From Folioceros fuciformis (taxonomy: Eukaryota): a stretch of 44,189 bases of DNA. The stretch lies in assembly GCA_049999805.1 (NCBI GenBank), contig JBNGIO010005967.1, positions 65,362 to 109,550 on the forward strand, written 5' to 3'. Positions 1 to 9,745 of the stretch are shown one piece after another; position 1 is the stretch's first letter; the number at the start of each line of letters is the position of its first letter. Made by a program: the position numbers and the translations under genes. The notes beneath the pieces are model-generated. The model saw only the letters and a program-made list of their open reading frames with translations, had not been told where the DNA came from and did no database searches.

Positions 1-1
1 G

Positions 2-2593
2 CTTCATGACCACATTAGAGAAAGGGGATACGAAGGTGATATGTTTGCACATGCCATGCAGGCATGTGCGGGTGTGGGCACCCCTGCATTGGAGACGAGG
101 AAAGAGATTCATGCTCAAATTAGAGCACGGGGACATGAAGGTGATGCCTTCGTAGCCAATAGTTTGGTAAACATGTATGCCAAGTGTGGAAGCTTGGAGA
201 ATGCTCATAGGGTCTTTGACGGACTTCATCACAAGGATGTGGTGACATGGACTGTTCTCATTTCAGGATATTCCCAGCAAGGCTTAGGGGAGGAAGCTCT
301 TCACCTTTACAGTCTTATGCAAGAAGAAGGAAAGGCTGTACCCACCCCTGTGACGTTTGTGTGCGTCTTGCAGGCATGTGCAACTGTGGGCACCGCTGCC
401 TTGAAGAAGGGAAAGCAGCTTCATGCAGAAATTACGAAACAAGGGTATCAAAGTGGTGTGGTCGTCGCCAACAGTTTGATAAACATGTATGTAAAGTGTG
501 GCAGTTTCGAGGATGCTCTGGGCGTGTTTGATGGACTTTCCGTCAAGGATGTGGTGACGTGGAGTTCCATGATAGCGGGATACAGCCAGCAAAGCAAGGT
601 GCAGGAAGCCCTTGATCTTTACATCGCTATGCAAGAGGAAGGTTTGGTTACACCCAATACCGTGATATTTGTATGCCTCCTGCAGGCATGTGCAGGTGGG
701 GGACCTACTGGTTTGGAGATTGGCAAACAGCTTCATGCGCAGATTAGAGAACAAGGACATGAAACTGATGGGCGTGTAGCCAACAGTTTGGTCAACATGT
801 ATGCAAAGTGTGGTAGCCTCAAGGATGCTCAGAGAGTGTTTGATGCACTTGATCAGAAAGATGTGGTCACGTGGACTGCTCTCATCGCAGGACATTCGCA
901 ACAGGGCATGGGCAAGGAAGCCCTTTTTCTTTACAGTGCCATGGAAAACGATGGCATGGCTGTACCTGATTCTGTGACCTTTGTGTGCCTGCTGCAGGCA
1001 TGTGCAAGTATGGGCTCCCAGGCGTTGGAGAAGGGGAGACAGCTGCATGAGCGAATTAGGCAACAAGAGCTTCAAAGCGATCTGGTTGTATCCAACAGTT
1101 TAATACACATGTATGCAAAGTGCGGCGGTTTGGAAGATGCCCAGATAATATTTGATGGAGCTGTGCACAAGGATCTGTTGACGTGGAATGCTATGATTGG
1201 AGGGTATTCCCAGGTGGGTATGGCCCAAGAAGCTTTTCAAATATACAGAAAAATGCAAGAAGAAGGCAGCAACATGCCCAATTCCGTGACCTTTGTGTGC
1301 CTGCTGCAGGCATGTGCAAATGTGGGGGCCCTAGCTTTGGAGATGGGCAAGCATCTTCATTTGCAAATCAGAGAACGAGGATATCAAGCTGACTTGCTCG
1401 TAGTCAACAGTTTAGTAAGCATGTATGCAAAGTGTGGCAGTGTGAAGGATGCTCAGAGAGTGTTTGACGGACTTGGTCAGAAAGATGTGGTGACGTGGAC
1501 CGCCATGGTAGGTGCGTATGCCCGACTGGGCATGGGCCGGGAAGCCCTTCGTGTTTACCGTGCAATGCAAGAGGAAGGCATCGTTGGACCTGATTCTGTG
1601 ACATTTGCATGCGTCCTACAGGCTTGTGCAAGTTTAGGCGGCCGTTTCAGCCCAGAGGATGCTCAAAATGCGTTCCGTAGACTTGGTCAGCAAGATGTCG
1701 TGGCTGGGAATGCCATGATACCAGGATCTTCTGGACACAATGCCCTTCGTCTTTACTTTGGAATGGTAGAGGACTACATGGCTTCAACCAACTCCATGAC
1801 ATTCGTGTGCCTGCTGCAGGCATGTGCAAATGAAGCGGCTTTGCATCTGGGAAGGCAGGTACATGCACGAATTGAAGAAGAAGGACTTCAAGCGGACGTC
1901 TTTGTGGCCAGCAGTTTGATACACATGTATGGGAAGTCTGGGAGCATAGTCGAAGCAGAGAAGGTATTCGAGGCATTGCCCGAACGGAACGTGGTCACCT
2001 GGAATGCACTAATTGCGGGATACAGCTGCCAAGGGGACAGTAGAAAGGTTTTCGACTTGATTCTCAGAATGAGAGAGCATGGCATACAGCCGGATGGCAT
2101 CACGTCTCTTGGTGTACTAATGGTATGCAGCCACTCAGGTCTGGTGAACAAGGGGCGAGAGTACTTCGAGAGTATGAGCAACCTTTACGGGATCACCCCC
2201 ACAATTGAGCACTATACATGCATGGTGGATCTCCTGGGTCGTGCAGGCCAACTGGATGAGGCTCTGGCTCTAGTTTCGAGAATGCCTATACCACCCGATG
2301 CTGCCGTTTGGTACACACTCTTGTGCGCTTGTCAAAAATGGGGCAACGTGAAGGTGGGACGCCAGGCTTTTGACCAAGCAGTCAAGTTGGAGAAGAAAGA
2401 CGCGACAGCGTATGTGATGATGTCAAATATATACACGGGTGCCAAGATGTGGGAGCAGGCCCAGGAGATTCATGCGTTGAGATTGAAAATGAGGGCCTGG
2501 AAACAGCCAGGTCAGAGCTGGTGGACAGACAATGACGGCCTGATTCATACTTTTGTGGTCGGGGATAGCAAACGTCCAAACTCTGAAATATAA
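2..2593 (+). CDS. PLS-class pentatricopeptide repeat protein, E+ type with PGxSWW box (organellar RNA-editing factor); 5' end probably outside window
   Basis: Frame is open from nt 2 (LHDHIRERGYEGDMFA...). Repeating S (NSLVNMYAKCGS), P (DVVTWTxLISGYSQQG) and L (VTFVCLLQACA) motifs, then P2-L2-S2 (HYTCMVDLLGRAG), E1/E2 and WKQPGQSWWTD...HTFVVGD; stop at 2591-2593; intronless. Confidence 0.95.
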   Translation, partial: LHDHIRERGYEGDMFAHAMQACAGVGTPALETRKEIHAQIRARGHEGDAFVANSLVNMYAKCGSLENAHRVFDGLHHKDVVTWTVLISGYSQQGLGEEALHLYSLMQEEGKAVPTPVTFVCVLQACATVGTAALKKGKQLHAEITKQGYQSGVVVANSLINMYVKCGSFEDALGVFDGLSVKDVVTWSSMIAGYSQQSKVQEALDLYIAMQEEGLVTPNTVIFVCLLQACAGGGPTGLEIGKQLHAQIREQGHETDGRVANSLVNMYAKCGSLKDAQRVFDALDQKDVVTWTALIAGHSQQGMGKEALFLYSAMENDGMAVPDSVTFVCLLQACASMGSQALEKGRQLHERIRQQELQSDLVVSNSLIHMYAKCGGLEDAQIIFDGAVHKDLLTWNAMIGGYSQVGMAQEAFQIYRKMQEEGSNMPNSVTFVCLLQACANVGALALEMGKHLHLQIRERGYQADLLVVNSLVSMYAKCGSVKDAQRVFDGLGQKDVVTWTAMVGAYARLGMGREALRVYRAMQEEGIVGPDSVTFACVLQACASLGGRFSPEDAQNAFRRLGQQDVVAGNAMIPGSSGHNALRLYFGMVEDYMASTNSMTFVCLLQACANEAALHLGRQVHARIEEEGLQADVFVASSLIHMYGKSGSIVEAEKVFEALPERNVVTWNALIAGYSCQGDSRKVFDLILRMREHGIQPDGITSLGVLMVCSHSGLVNKGREYFESMSNLYGITPTIEHYTCMVDLLGRAGQLDEALALVSRMPIPPDAAVWYTLLCACQKWGNVKVGRQAFDQAVKLEKKDATAYVMMSNIYTGAKMWEQAQEIHALRLKMRAWKQPGQSWWTDNDGLIHTFVVGDSKRPNSEI

Positions 2594-2768
2594 GACCGTA
2601 TGAGTGAGACCAAGATCATTGGTGTATCACAGCTAAAAGCTAGCTGGGTAAGACGCCTTCAGCAGCACAGCAGATCCCTGTTCCCCGGAAAGTGGCTGAG
2701 GTGCTTCATCCAAAACCTCGAAGGCTACTTCCGTCAAGTACAGCCAGGGTAAAAGGCAAATCTTAACT

Positions 2769-2836
2769 CCAGAAACCTGTGCTCTAGTAAGCAGGGCTGG
2801 GTTTCTGCCCTGCTTATTAGAGCACAGGTTTGCTGG
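2769..2836. repeat. Near-perfect inverted repeat (hairpin)
   Basis: aaacctgtgctctagtaagcagggc (2773-2797) pairs with gccctgcttattagagcacaggttt (2807-2831), one G-T mismatch, 9-nt loop; extendable by ccag/ctgg past a 1-nt bulge. Confidence 0.85.
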
Positions 2837-3108
2837 TACTGCGGACTTGCTGAGCAGGACAAAACGCTTGTGACAAATGATCCTACATGGAGCCCATTCT
2901 AAACGGGATCACAGGACGTCTGTACTGCCGATAAGTACCAGACGTCATTCACGGAAGGGCATGGGCTACATGCAGTTGAAAGGCTTTCTTCACGCATGCA
3001 AACACTTCCGTGCGGAAAGCCAAAACCATCCAGCACCGCATCCCTGTTGCACCAACAAGCATTGCAACCATCGGGACTACGATTGGGATTGCGTACCATT
3101 CCTACAAT

Positions 3109-3247
3109 ATGTGGGGTCTACCACCAATATCAAGCTCATTTTCTTTGAATTGTTTTTATTTTTTATTTACAAAACTTTAAAATATATAATAATTGGCTTA
3201 TAAGGATAGTTTGTAAGAACTACAAGAATATGTGGTAGACCCCGCAT
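3109..3247. mobile_element. MITE-like element (~140 bp)
   Basis: atgtggggtctaccac (3109-3124) and gtggtagaccccgcat (3232-3247) form 16-bp inverted termini with 1 mismatch around a very AT-rich interior; no clear TSD. Confidence 0.5.
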
Positions 3248-3285
3248 GTCGTACCACAAGAAGAGATACGTCCACGGATAGGAGT

Positions 3286-3610
3286 GGGAAGTTTTGCATA
3301 ACAAATAGCAAGACTAAGCTTACACCATAAGAAAGGCTATGGATCTAGTTGGGAAGCTTTGTGTGAGTAGAAGCAAGAATTAGTTTAAAGCTTATGAAGG
3401 GCCATGGTTGAGTTGGGAAGCTTTGTGTGAGTGGTAACAAGGATTAGCTTAAAGCTTGAGAAAGGTCTCGATGTGGATAGGAAGTTTTGTATGAGTGATA
3501 ACAAGACTTAGCTGAAAGCTTCAAAAAGGCCATGTTGGGATGTGTTGTGTGAGTGGAACAAGACATAGCTTAAGAAAGGCCCTGTTAGGTCAGGTTGTAT
3601 GAGTGGTAGC
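3286..3610. repeat. Degenerate ~64-bp tandem repeat
   Basis: gggaagytttgtgtgagtrg...agcttaaagctt units start near 3286, 3351, 3415 and 3479 and then decay; the same family recurs at ~5350-5500 and inverted at ~3680-3737. Confidence 0.7.
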
Positions 3611-3632
3611 TCACACAATTATCCACATCGAG

Positions 3633-5543
3633 ATTGAGATTTGTTATTGTAATAGAAATTGTCTAAAGCATATTTTTCTTAAGCTTTAAGCAAAGTCTAG
3701 CTACCACTCACACAAAACAAAGACTTCCCAACAAGATTTGATATTTGGATATGGTCTAGTTATTTGGAGGAGAGGGGTATGAGTGTCCCAACTAAGCTTT
3801 CCTACATGGATGATGTGTTAGGCTTACCCTTGCAAGGCTTCCATCAACTACAGGCCTCAAAGTATATCTCGTGGGTCTCTTGCTCTCATATCTTTTGTAA
3901 GGCTAGCTAGCAAGGATTGTCACTAGTTTGGCACTTGTGGAATAGGGCGAAGCACTACTATAAGGAGGTGAACACAAATAGGGAGGAGTTTGCATTGCCA
4001 AACTGCCAGTGTAGAACCATCGTCAGTTGGTAGCAGAAAGGCATGGATGAAGGAGCTAGGTAGGTGCTACTCACATAGATAGAGGTGAAAGTTGATGAGT
4101 GGGGTGCATATGCGATATATGGCTAGGAGGGAGAGCCAGGGGCAAAGGAAGATCGATAGATGGCTAGGAGGGAGAGCTAGAGGCAAAGGAAGATCCTGCT
4201 CTCCCTGAACTCAATCGAGCAATGTATGTTCGAGCAATGTCTGTTGCCCACTAGGATGGACAATAGACAACTCAATTCTTTAGAGTCATCTCACCTTGTG
4301 GCCTATTGGAAGGCCACAATTGAGAGAATGGGATGGCCGCCTAGGGTGAATTGAGGCCAATCATGGTCACGTGAGTGCAGGAAGAGCACCTCATGGGGCT
4401 TCATCCCATACCCCGCCCCTTTGAGCCAGTGCTTAATTCAATTGGCTGAGAATTGGGAGCTCACCATGCGACCAGAACTTTTTAGGTGGCCTAAACAACC
4501 AAGTAGCCAACAAACCTTCTCTTGGTCCTTCTTCAACTATCACACAATAGACATCTACTAATGGTTGGTTTGGTTGTAGTGGAATGTCCATCGCCAACCA
4601 ATGGTTCCTAAGTTGAGACTTTCTATGTGCTAGCAACGAGCTACAGTCCACCTGTTGTGGTCGGCCGTGGGTATCGCTCCAAAGGTCAAGCTTTTTATTT
4701 TGGGGTTTTTTCAAGCTTGTTTGGAATGGCAGATAGGTGAGATGGATTGGGGAGTGGTCGAGGCCGGGGAGAAATTTTGTAGGATGTGCATGGTTAATAC
4801 ACCCAACAAAAGTTTGCATCTCTTCTTTTTGGTGTGAATTTGCACAAGCAGTCTAGGGAGGTAGGTGCAAGTGGCTACATTGCCTCTTCCTTGAGAGCAA
4901 TGTAGTGATTACAAACAGACTTCTCTCTTTGTTCTTGATGATGCTTCAGGTAAACCGTAAACCTCTTTCAATGGTGGGGCCTATTGTGGAGTTCTTGTCT
5001 CTCCGGCCTATGTCTCAACTAGACAGTGGTGGTCTATAAAAGGAAAGAAACAATGATGGTTAAATCTTTGTTGAGGCGAATTTGGGAGCACCTTTTGATA
5101 GCGGCAGAAGAAGCAAGGCAGCCACCCCACACAAATTCAAGAGCAAGGGCTGGAGGGAAGTTGGCCTCCTCACTCCAAGGAGCGAGGTGGTGTGAAACCA
5201 CCTGTGCCCATGGAGAGGGTAAAGTATTTCAATTAGCACCTTTGGCAACCTTGGGGCCTAGGCTTGCTTCATTTTTAAGTTTACACTCATTTCCACTCTT
5301 GAGATTTTTTTGTTTCCTTTATAGAAGGCTAATTTAAAGCTGGGGGCTTAATTTAAAGCTTATGACAGGCCATAGATCTCATTGGCAAGTTTTATGTAAG
5401 TAGTAGCAAGACTTAGCTTAAAGCTTAAGTAAGAAAGTCCAAAGATCTTGTTGGGAAGTTTCGTGTGAGTGGTAGCTAGACTTTGCTTAAAGCTTAAGAA
5501 AAATATGCTTCAGACAATTTCTATTAAAACAACAAATCTCAAT
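3633..5543. repeat. ~100-bp inverted repeat pair (3633-3737 / 5445-5543)
   Basis: attgagatttgttattgtaatagaaattgtctaaagcatatttttcttaagctttaagcaaagtctagctaccactcacac matches the reverse complement of the right arm with few mismatches. Confidence 0.85.
4650..4870 (+). mobile_element. LINE (L1-like) remnant, zf-RVT region
   Basis: LWSAVGIAPKVKLF...FCRMC...LHLFF(frameshift)CEFAQAV* follows the zf-RVT pattern W-x-PPKVKxFxW...CxxC...HLFFxCxFAxxVW; flanks ~3750-5300 are probably further decayed LINE. Confidence 0.65.
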
Positions 5544-5559
5544 ATCAATTAGGTCTAGC

Positions 5560-6600
5560 TTTCAGCATAAATTTGGGCCTAAGCTAGCTCTAGAGAGGAT
5601 TCATTGCGTTGAGAGCTTTAAGTGCTTCTGAGGTGGACCACCTTTTGAGGAAGATGAAATCTTCCTCAAAAAAGATATTTCTCCACTTCACCTTCAAGAG
5701 GTGAAGTGGAGAAAGCTACGCTCCTAGCTCAGGCACAGATGGGAGTTGTACTCTCTAGTACTTTTGTTGACTCTTTGTGAATAAAGAGTTGGGCAAGGTT
5801 GCTGGATGCAAAGTCTTTGTGAATAAAAAGCAGCAAAAAGGGTGCTTTTGAGGTGGAGGTGAAGTGGAGATAGTGGTATGATGCTAGTGGTGAAGCTCAA
5901 TTGCTTCTAACTACTTGTCTACTACATTTTGCTCATTGGGGGTGTTACTTTTGGTATCAAAGCTCAAGGTTGAAGTATCTCTAGCTAGAACACTAGCTTG
6001 AGATGAGAGATCTTGTTGAGCCAAATAGAGCATAGAGAGATAGACTTATATAAGAGAAGGCTTTTCTTGTGGACACTATAGTAGAAGAGCCTCAGTTAGA
6101 TCCATAAATTCTTGGGAATGGTAGAGAAAGCAACCTATGAGCCGAAGACCAACACCATCATGATTTTTCAAAGAATACCTTCAAAAGATCTTGAAGAGAT
6201 AAGACTATAAAGAGCAAGAGTCCAATGGAGGGAGGAAGCACGTGGAAGTCAAGAAGGATAATCACTCAAATGAGTTGCATTCGTGGAGTAGGGAATTGGA
6301 AGTCCAAAGTGGAAGTTGAGAGGTAAGCCCCTTGTAAGTTTGAGAGTGATGGAGGGCATTTCAAAGCTAAGAGTTAAGCCCCTTGTAAGTTTGACAGTGA
6401 TCAAGAAGGTCCATGGCAAGTTTGAGTGTGATGGAGAAGGTCCCTTATAAGTTTGAGGGTGATCAAGAAGGCAGATGGCAAGTTTGAGGGTGATGGAGAA
6501 GCCCTCATGTAATATAAAGGATTATGCCATAGCATGTGTTGTTTGTTGGCAAGATAAGGTGAACTGGCTAAAGCAATAGGTTTGAGGTGAAACAAGCTAA
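5560..6600 (+). mobile_element. Degenerate LTR-retrotransposon remnant (LTR-like segment, tRNA-iMet-type PBS at 5952-5963, decayed internal region)
   Basis: tggtatcaaagc is 1 mismatch from the canonical plant PBS tggtatcagagc; purine-rich, stop-riddled sequence follows; boundaries approximate. Confidence 0.5.
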
Positions 6601-6812
6601 AGCAAGAGATTTGAGGTGAAACAGGCTAAAGCAAGANNNNNNNNNNNNNNNNNNNNNNNNNNNNNNNNNNNNNNNNNNNNNNNNNNNNNNNNNNNNNNNN
6701 NNNNNNNNNNNNNNNNNNNNNNNNNNNNNNNNNNNNAGCTAAAGCAAGAGATTTGAGGTGAAACAGGCTAAAGCAAGAGGTTTGAGGTGAAACAAGTTGA
6801 AGCAAGAGGTTT
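6578..6812. repeat. ~29-bp tandem repeat spanning a 100-N gap
   Basis: ggtttgaggtgaaacargctaaagcaaga units on both sides of the gap at 6637-6736. Confidence 0.85.
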
Positions 6813-6926
6813 GTTGCTATTACATAGCAGCCCCAACCTATCCTAAGTGGACCATAGAAAAATATATAATATTCACATATTATGCGGGTCTTGTTATGAC
6901 TCTGACCCCTACATAGTGATCGTATA

Positions 6927-7073
6927 GGTACAACATAACAATGATGGTTACAAGAAACTCATAAAGAGGTTGATAGGTACAACATAGCAATGATGGTTAC
7001 AAGAAACTCATAAGGAGGTTGATAGGTACAACATAGCAATGATGGTTACAAGAAACTCATAAGGAGGTTGATA
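6927..7073. repeat. 49-bp tandem repeat x3
   Basis: ggtacaacatagcaatgatggttacaagaaactcataaggaggttgata starting at 6927, 6976 and 7025. Confidence 0.95.
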
Positions 7074-8416
7074 AAGTTGAAGGAGGTTTTAGGCCACATA
7101 AACCTCTAAGGGGGTTCATGATGGGTTGTGATTTTATCACATTTAATCACGACAAAGAAGTAAGTGAAAAAGACTATAGGAGTCCTTCCATCAAAGTAAT
7201 TTTTCAATGAGATATATCGTAAGGACAAGCCATGAAATGAAAAGAAGCTTATAGTTCAACCTGAATTCAAGCTACTAGGAAAAGGGAGAGCAACCTATTG
7301 TAGAGGACATNNNNNNNNNNNNNNNNNNNNNNNNNNNNNNNNNNNNNNNNNNNNNNNNNNNNNNNNNNNNNNNNNNNNNNNNNNNNNNNNNNNNNNNNNN
7401 NNNNNNNNNNAAGCTACTAGGAAAAGGGAGAGCAACCTATTGTAGAGGACATTGCGATGATAGACATTACTTGCTAACAATGAGGCTAAGATAGACATGG
7501 TACTCAGTTGGCTGATCTTTGGCCAAGGGATCATCCCCTCAGCTAGGTGATAGCCACAAGCAGATAGTTGATTCGTCTCGTTACTAGAGGATTAGGTTGC
7601 TTGGATTGATGAGTGACTAACCTAGGGTTAACTATCTATAGTTAGATGAACTCAGATGAGGATAAGGTTGAGTAGCCAGAGGGGATCGGGCTACTTAATC
7701 CCATTCCCAAGAATAAGACTAGCTTGCTTACCCCTCTAGCCTTTGTGATTTGGGTATCTTAGGAACATGTGCATAGAGCTCCAATTGAAAGAGCTAAGCT
7801 TCTTAACTTACACAGCGATGGGGAGTTCTCTCTCATCGCCGTGTTGACTTGCTTGAACATAAAAAGAGCAGGCGCAAGGGTATGCCTTAGGCTGAGAGTC
7901 GTCCTTTGAGAAGACACGGGCTACTCGGAGGACTAGGGCCATATGCGATTTGGGATTTTAGTTTTCAAATACACTGAAGGTTCGGTCACTAAGGATTGTA
8001 GAGGGACCCCAAAAAGATACTAGAAAACCCAGGGGATTCCCTTCTTGTTCGCTTTTGGTCTGTCAAAGAGCGTAGTAGTGTATAAAGTTCGAAGGCAGTG
8101 GGTCGGCGAAGACACATCAATTAGAGGAGGTGGAGGAGTTCAATTTTGTGTTACCTTCCTGGGTGTCCCCTACCACAACTTCTTGCTTCCGTGTTGTGGT
8201 TGTTCCATCGATCAGGTACCGTCATTGGCTTCAGTTCATGCAGTACTCGATGCAGGCAAACTCGTAAAACACACATGATAATGGTTTGTGCCGATTCTAG
8301 ACCCCGTGGACATGTTAGGCAAGGCAAGGTGAGGCCAGGCCAGTCCAAGAGCGTAGCGATCGGGGAAGCCAGCCCCGAAACGGGCGAGTATTAACAGACG
8401 TACTAACGCTAGGAAT

Positions 8417-9193
8417 ATGACCGCAGGTCAAGGTGTAGCGCTACCAACGGGGATGGCAGGGGGGCGGAGACTGGGAAGAAGTAATCTGGCGAGTTCCATG
8501 GTGTCACTAAACCGGGCGACCACGAGCGAAAGTGGAAGTGAGAGCGATCCCGATTGGCAACAAGACGAGGAAGTTTTCTATGGCGGCGTGAGTGGGGCAA
8601 GAGGGAAGAAGAGGGGGAGATCGACGATGAGGGGCGTGCCTCGGAGGGCCGTACGCAGGCAAAAGATTGAGGCCATGGTGGAGGGCTCCTGGTGGGATTG
8701 CAAGCTGCTGAGGCAAGTAGGACCTCAGACTTACAGGCTACGCTTTAGGACGTTCAGGGAGACGGAGGACGAGGACGTGAACGTGGAGTATTTACGGCCC
8801 AGGTCCAAGATGCTTTCCAGCACTGGATGCAGGCACCACGCCAGCAAGATCAGGCCCGGAGACGAGTGCATGGTGTTCGTGGCCCACCCGACGGTGGACC
8901 ACCTCCGACACGGCGCTGCCGCCTGGTTCGACGCAATTCTGCGGCGCGTGGAGAAGCCCGACCTCCGGTACGGGGATGGCAGGTGCCGCTGCAAATTCGA
9001 AGTCAATTTGCTGGAATTGGATGTGATTTACAAGGAGGGCTGCGCCAGGACCGCCACCTTCTCGCCCAGCGCGTCCAGAAGGGTCTTGAATCCTCACGTC
9101 ACCGTGGATATCGACAATCTCTGCGTTCTTTCGCCTGAGCCGCTGTGCTTGGAGTTGGCTGAGACTGTGTTCAAGTCTTCTTCCTCCTCCTGA
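8417..9193 (+). CDS. Stand-alone SAWADEE-domain protein (SHH1/CLSY1-N-terminus-like tandem-Tudor reader), no homeodomain
   Basis: 258-aa GC-rich intronless ORF. IEAMVEGSWWD...RLRFRTFRETEDEDVNV..LRPRS...C...IRPGD.C.VF...WFDA.L..VE...RCRCKFEV...VDIDNLCVL (nt ~8666-9130) aligns by eye with SAWADEE (FEA...WYD...VRFxGF...DEWVNV...RxRS...C...GD...C...YxDA...CxCxFxV). Basic NLS-like stretch upstream; true start may be a downstream ATG. Confidence 0.8.
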   Translation: MTAGQGVALPTGMAGGRRLGRSNLASSMVSLNRATTSESGSESDPDWQQDEEVFYGGVSGARGKKRGRSTMRGVPRRAVRRQKIEAMVEGSWWDCKLLRQVGPQTYRLRFRTFRETEDEDVNVEYLRPRSKMLSSTGCRHHASKIRPGDECMVFVAHPTVDHLRHGAAAWFDAILRRVEKPDLRYGDGRCRCKFEVNLLELDVIYKEGCARTATFSPSASRRVLNPHVTVDIDNLCVLSPEPLCLELAETVFKSSSSS

Positions 9194-9745
9194 TCACACA
9201 GAATGGCCGTCTTTCGGCTCTGCAAGGTTCTCAGGTTTTAAGCGGGTTACGGACGGCTCAAACACACTGTCCGTCTGTACTCTTTGCTCACCTTTTCTTT
9301 GTTTTTCTTTTATCCTGTTGTTTTCAAAAGCTTTCTGGTTCATGACATCAATCTGCAAAGCCATACCCCGGTCCGATTTAGGTGCAACCGAGCAAGCAAG
9401 CCAGATATGGCTCCGATATAGGAGACCGCTGCTGCACAGCACAAGCTTGCTCTCATTTCATGCTCGCTAGATCACTGTTGCACACAGGTGTGTAGGTAGA
9501 CAGGCACGTAGGTAGGCAGGAAGGCCGTTAGGTGTGTAGCGTCCCTTGCAGTAAGGCTTGCAAGGGGCTGAGTTTTTTGATGTCCATATATGCATGCACG
9601 ATGCTGTACACGAAGAGGGAAACTAGTACTTTAATGTAATACATATTAGCTTTGGAGGAGCAACACAGGTTGCGTTTCCTACTGCTAAGTTATTAAGGCT
9701 CGCGTGGTCTGCAAGCCACAACAAGCTGCCTGCCTGTCTCTGCGG

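Noticed and set aside
284-2579. Antisense and alternate-frame ORFs over the PPR gene
   Set aside because: Shadow ORFs of repetitive coding sequence with no recognisable motifs.
6596-6777. Identical sequence on both sides of the 100-N gap
   Set aside because: Likely overlapping contig ends within a tandem repeat; copy number is unreliable.
6927-7073. Regular repeats here and at 30265-30427 as a possible CRISPR array
   Set aside because: Head-to-tail units without unique spacers, eukaryotic context and no cas genes.
7269-7452. 42-bp direct repeat flanking the second 100-N gap
   Set aside because: An exact duplication abutting a fixed-size gap is typical of a scaffolding artefact, not a TSD.
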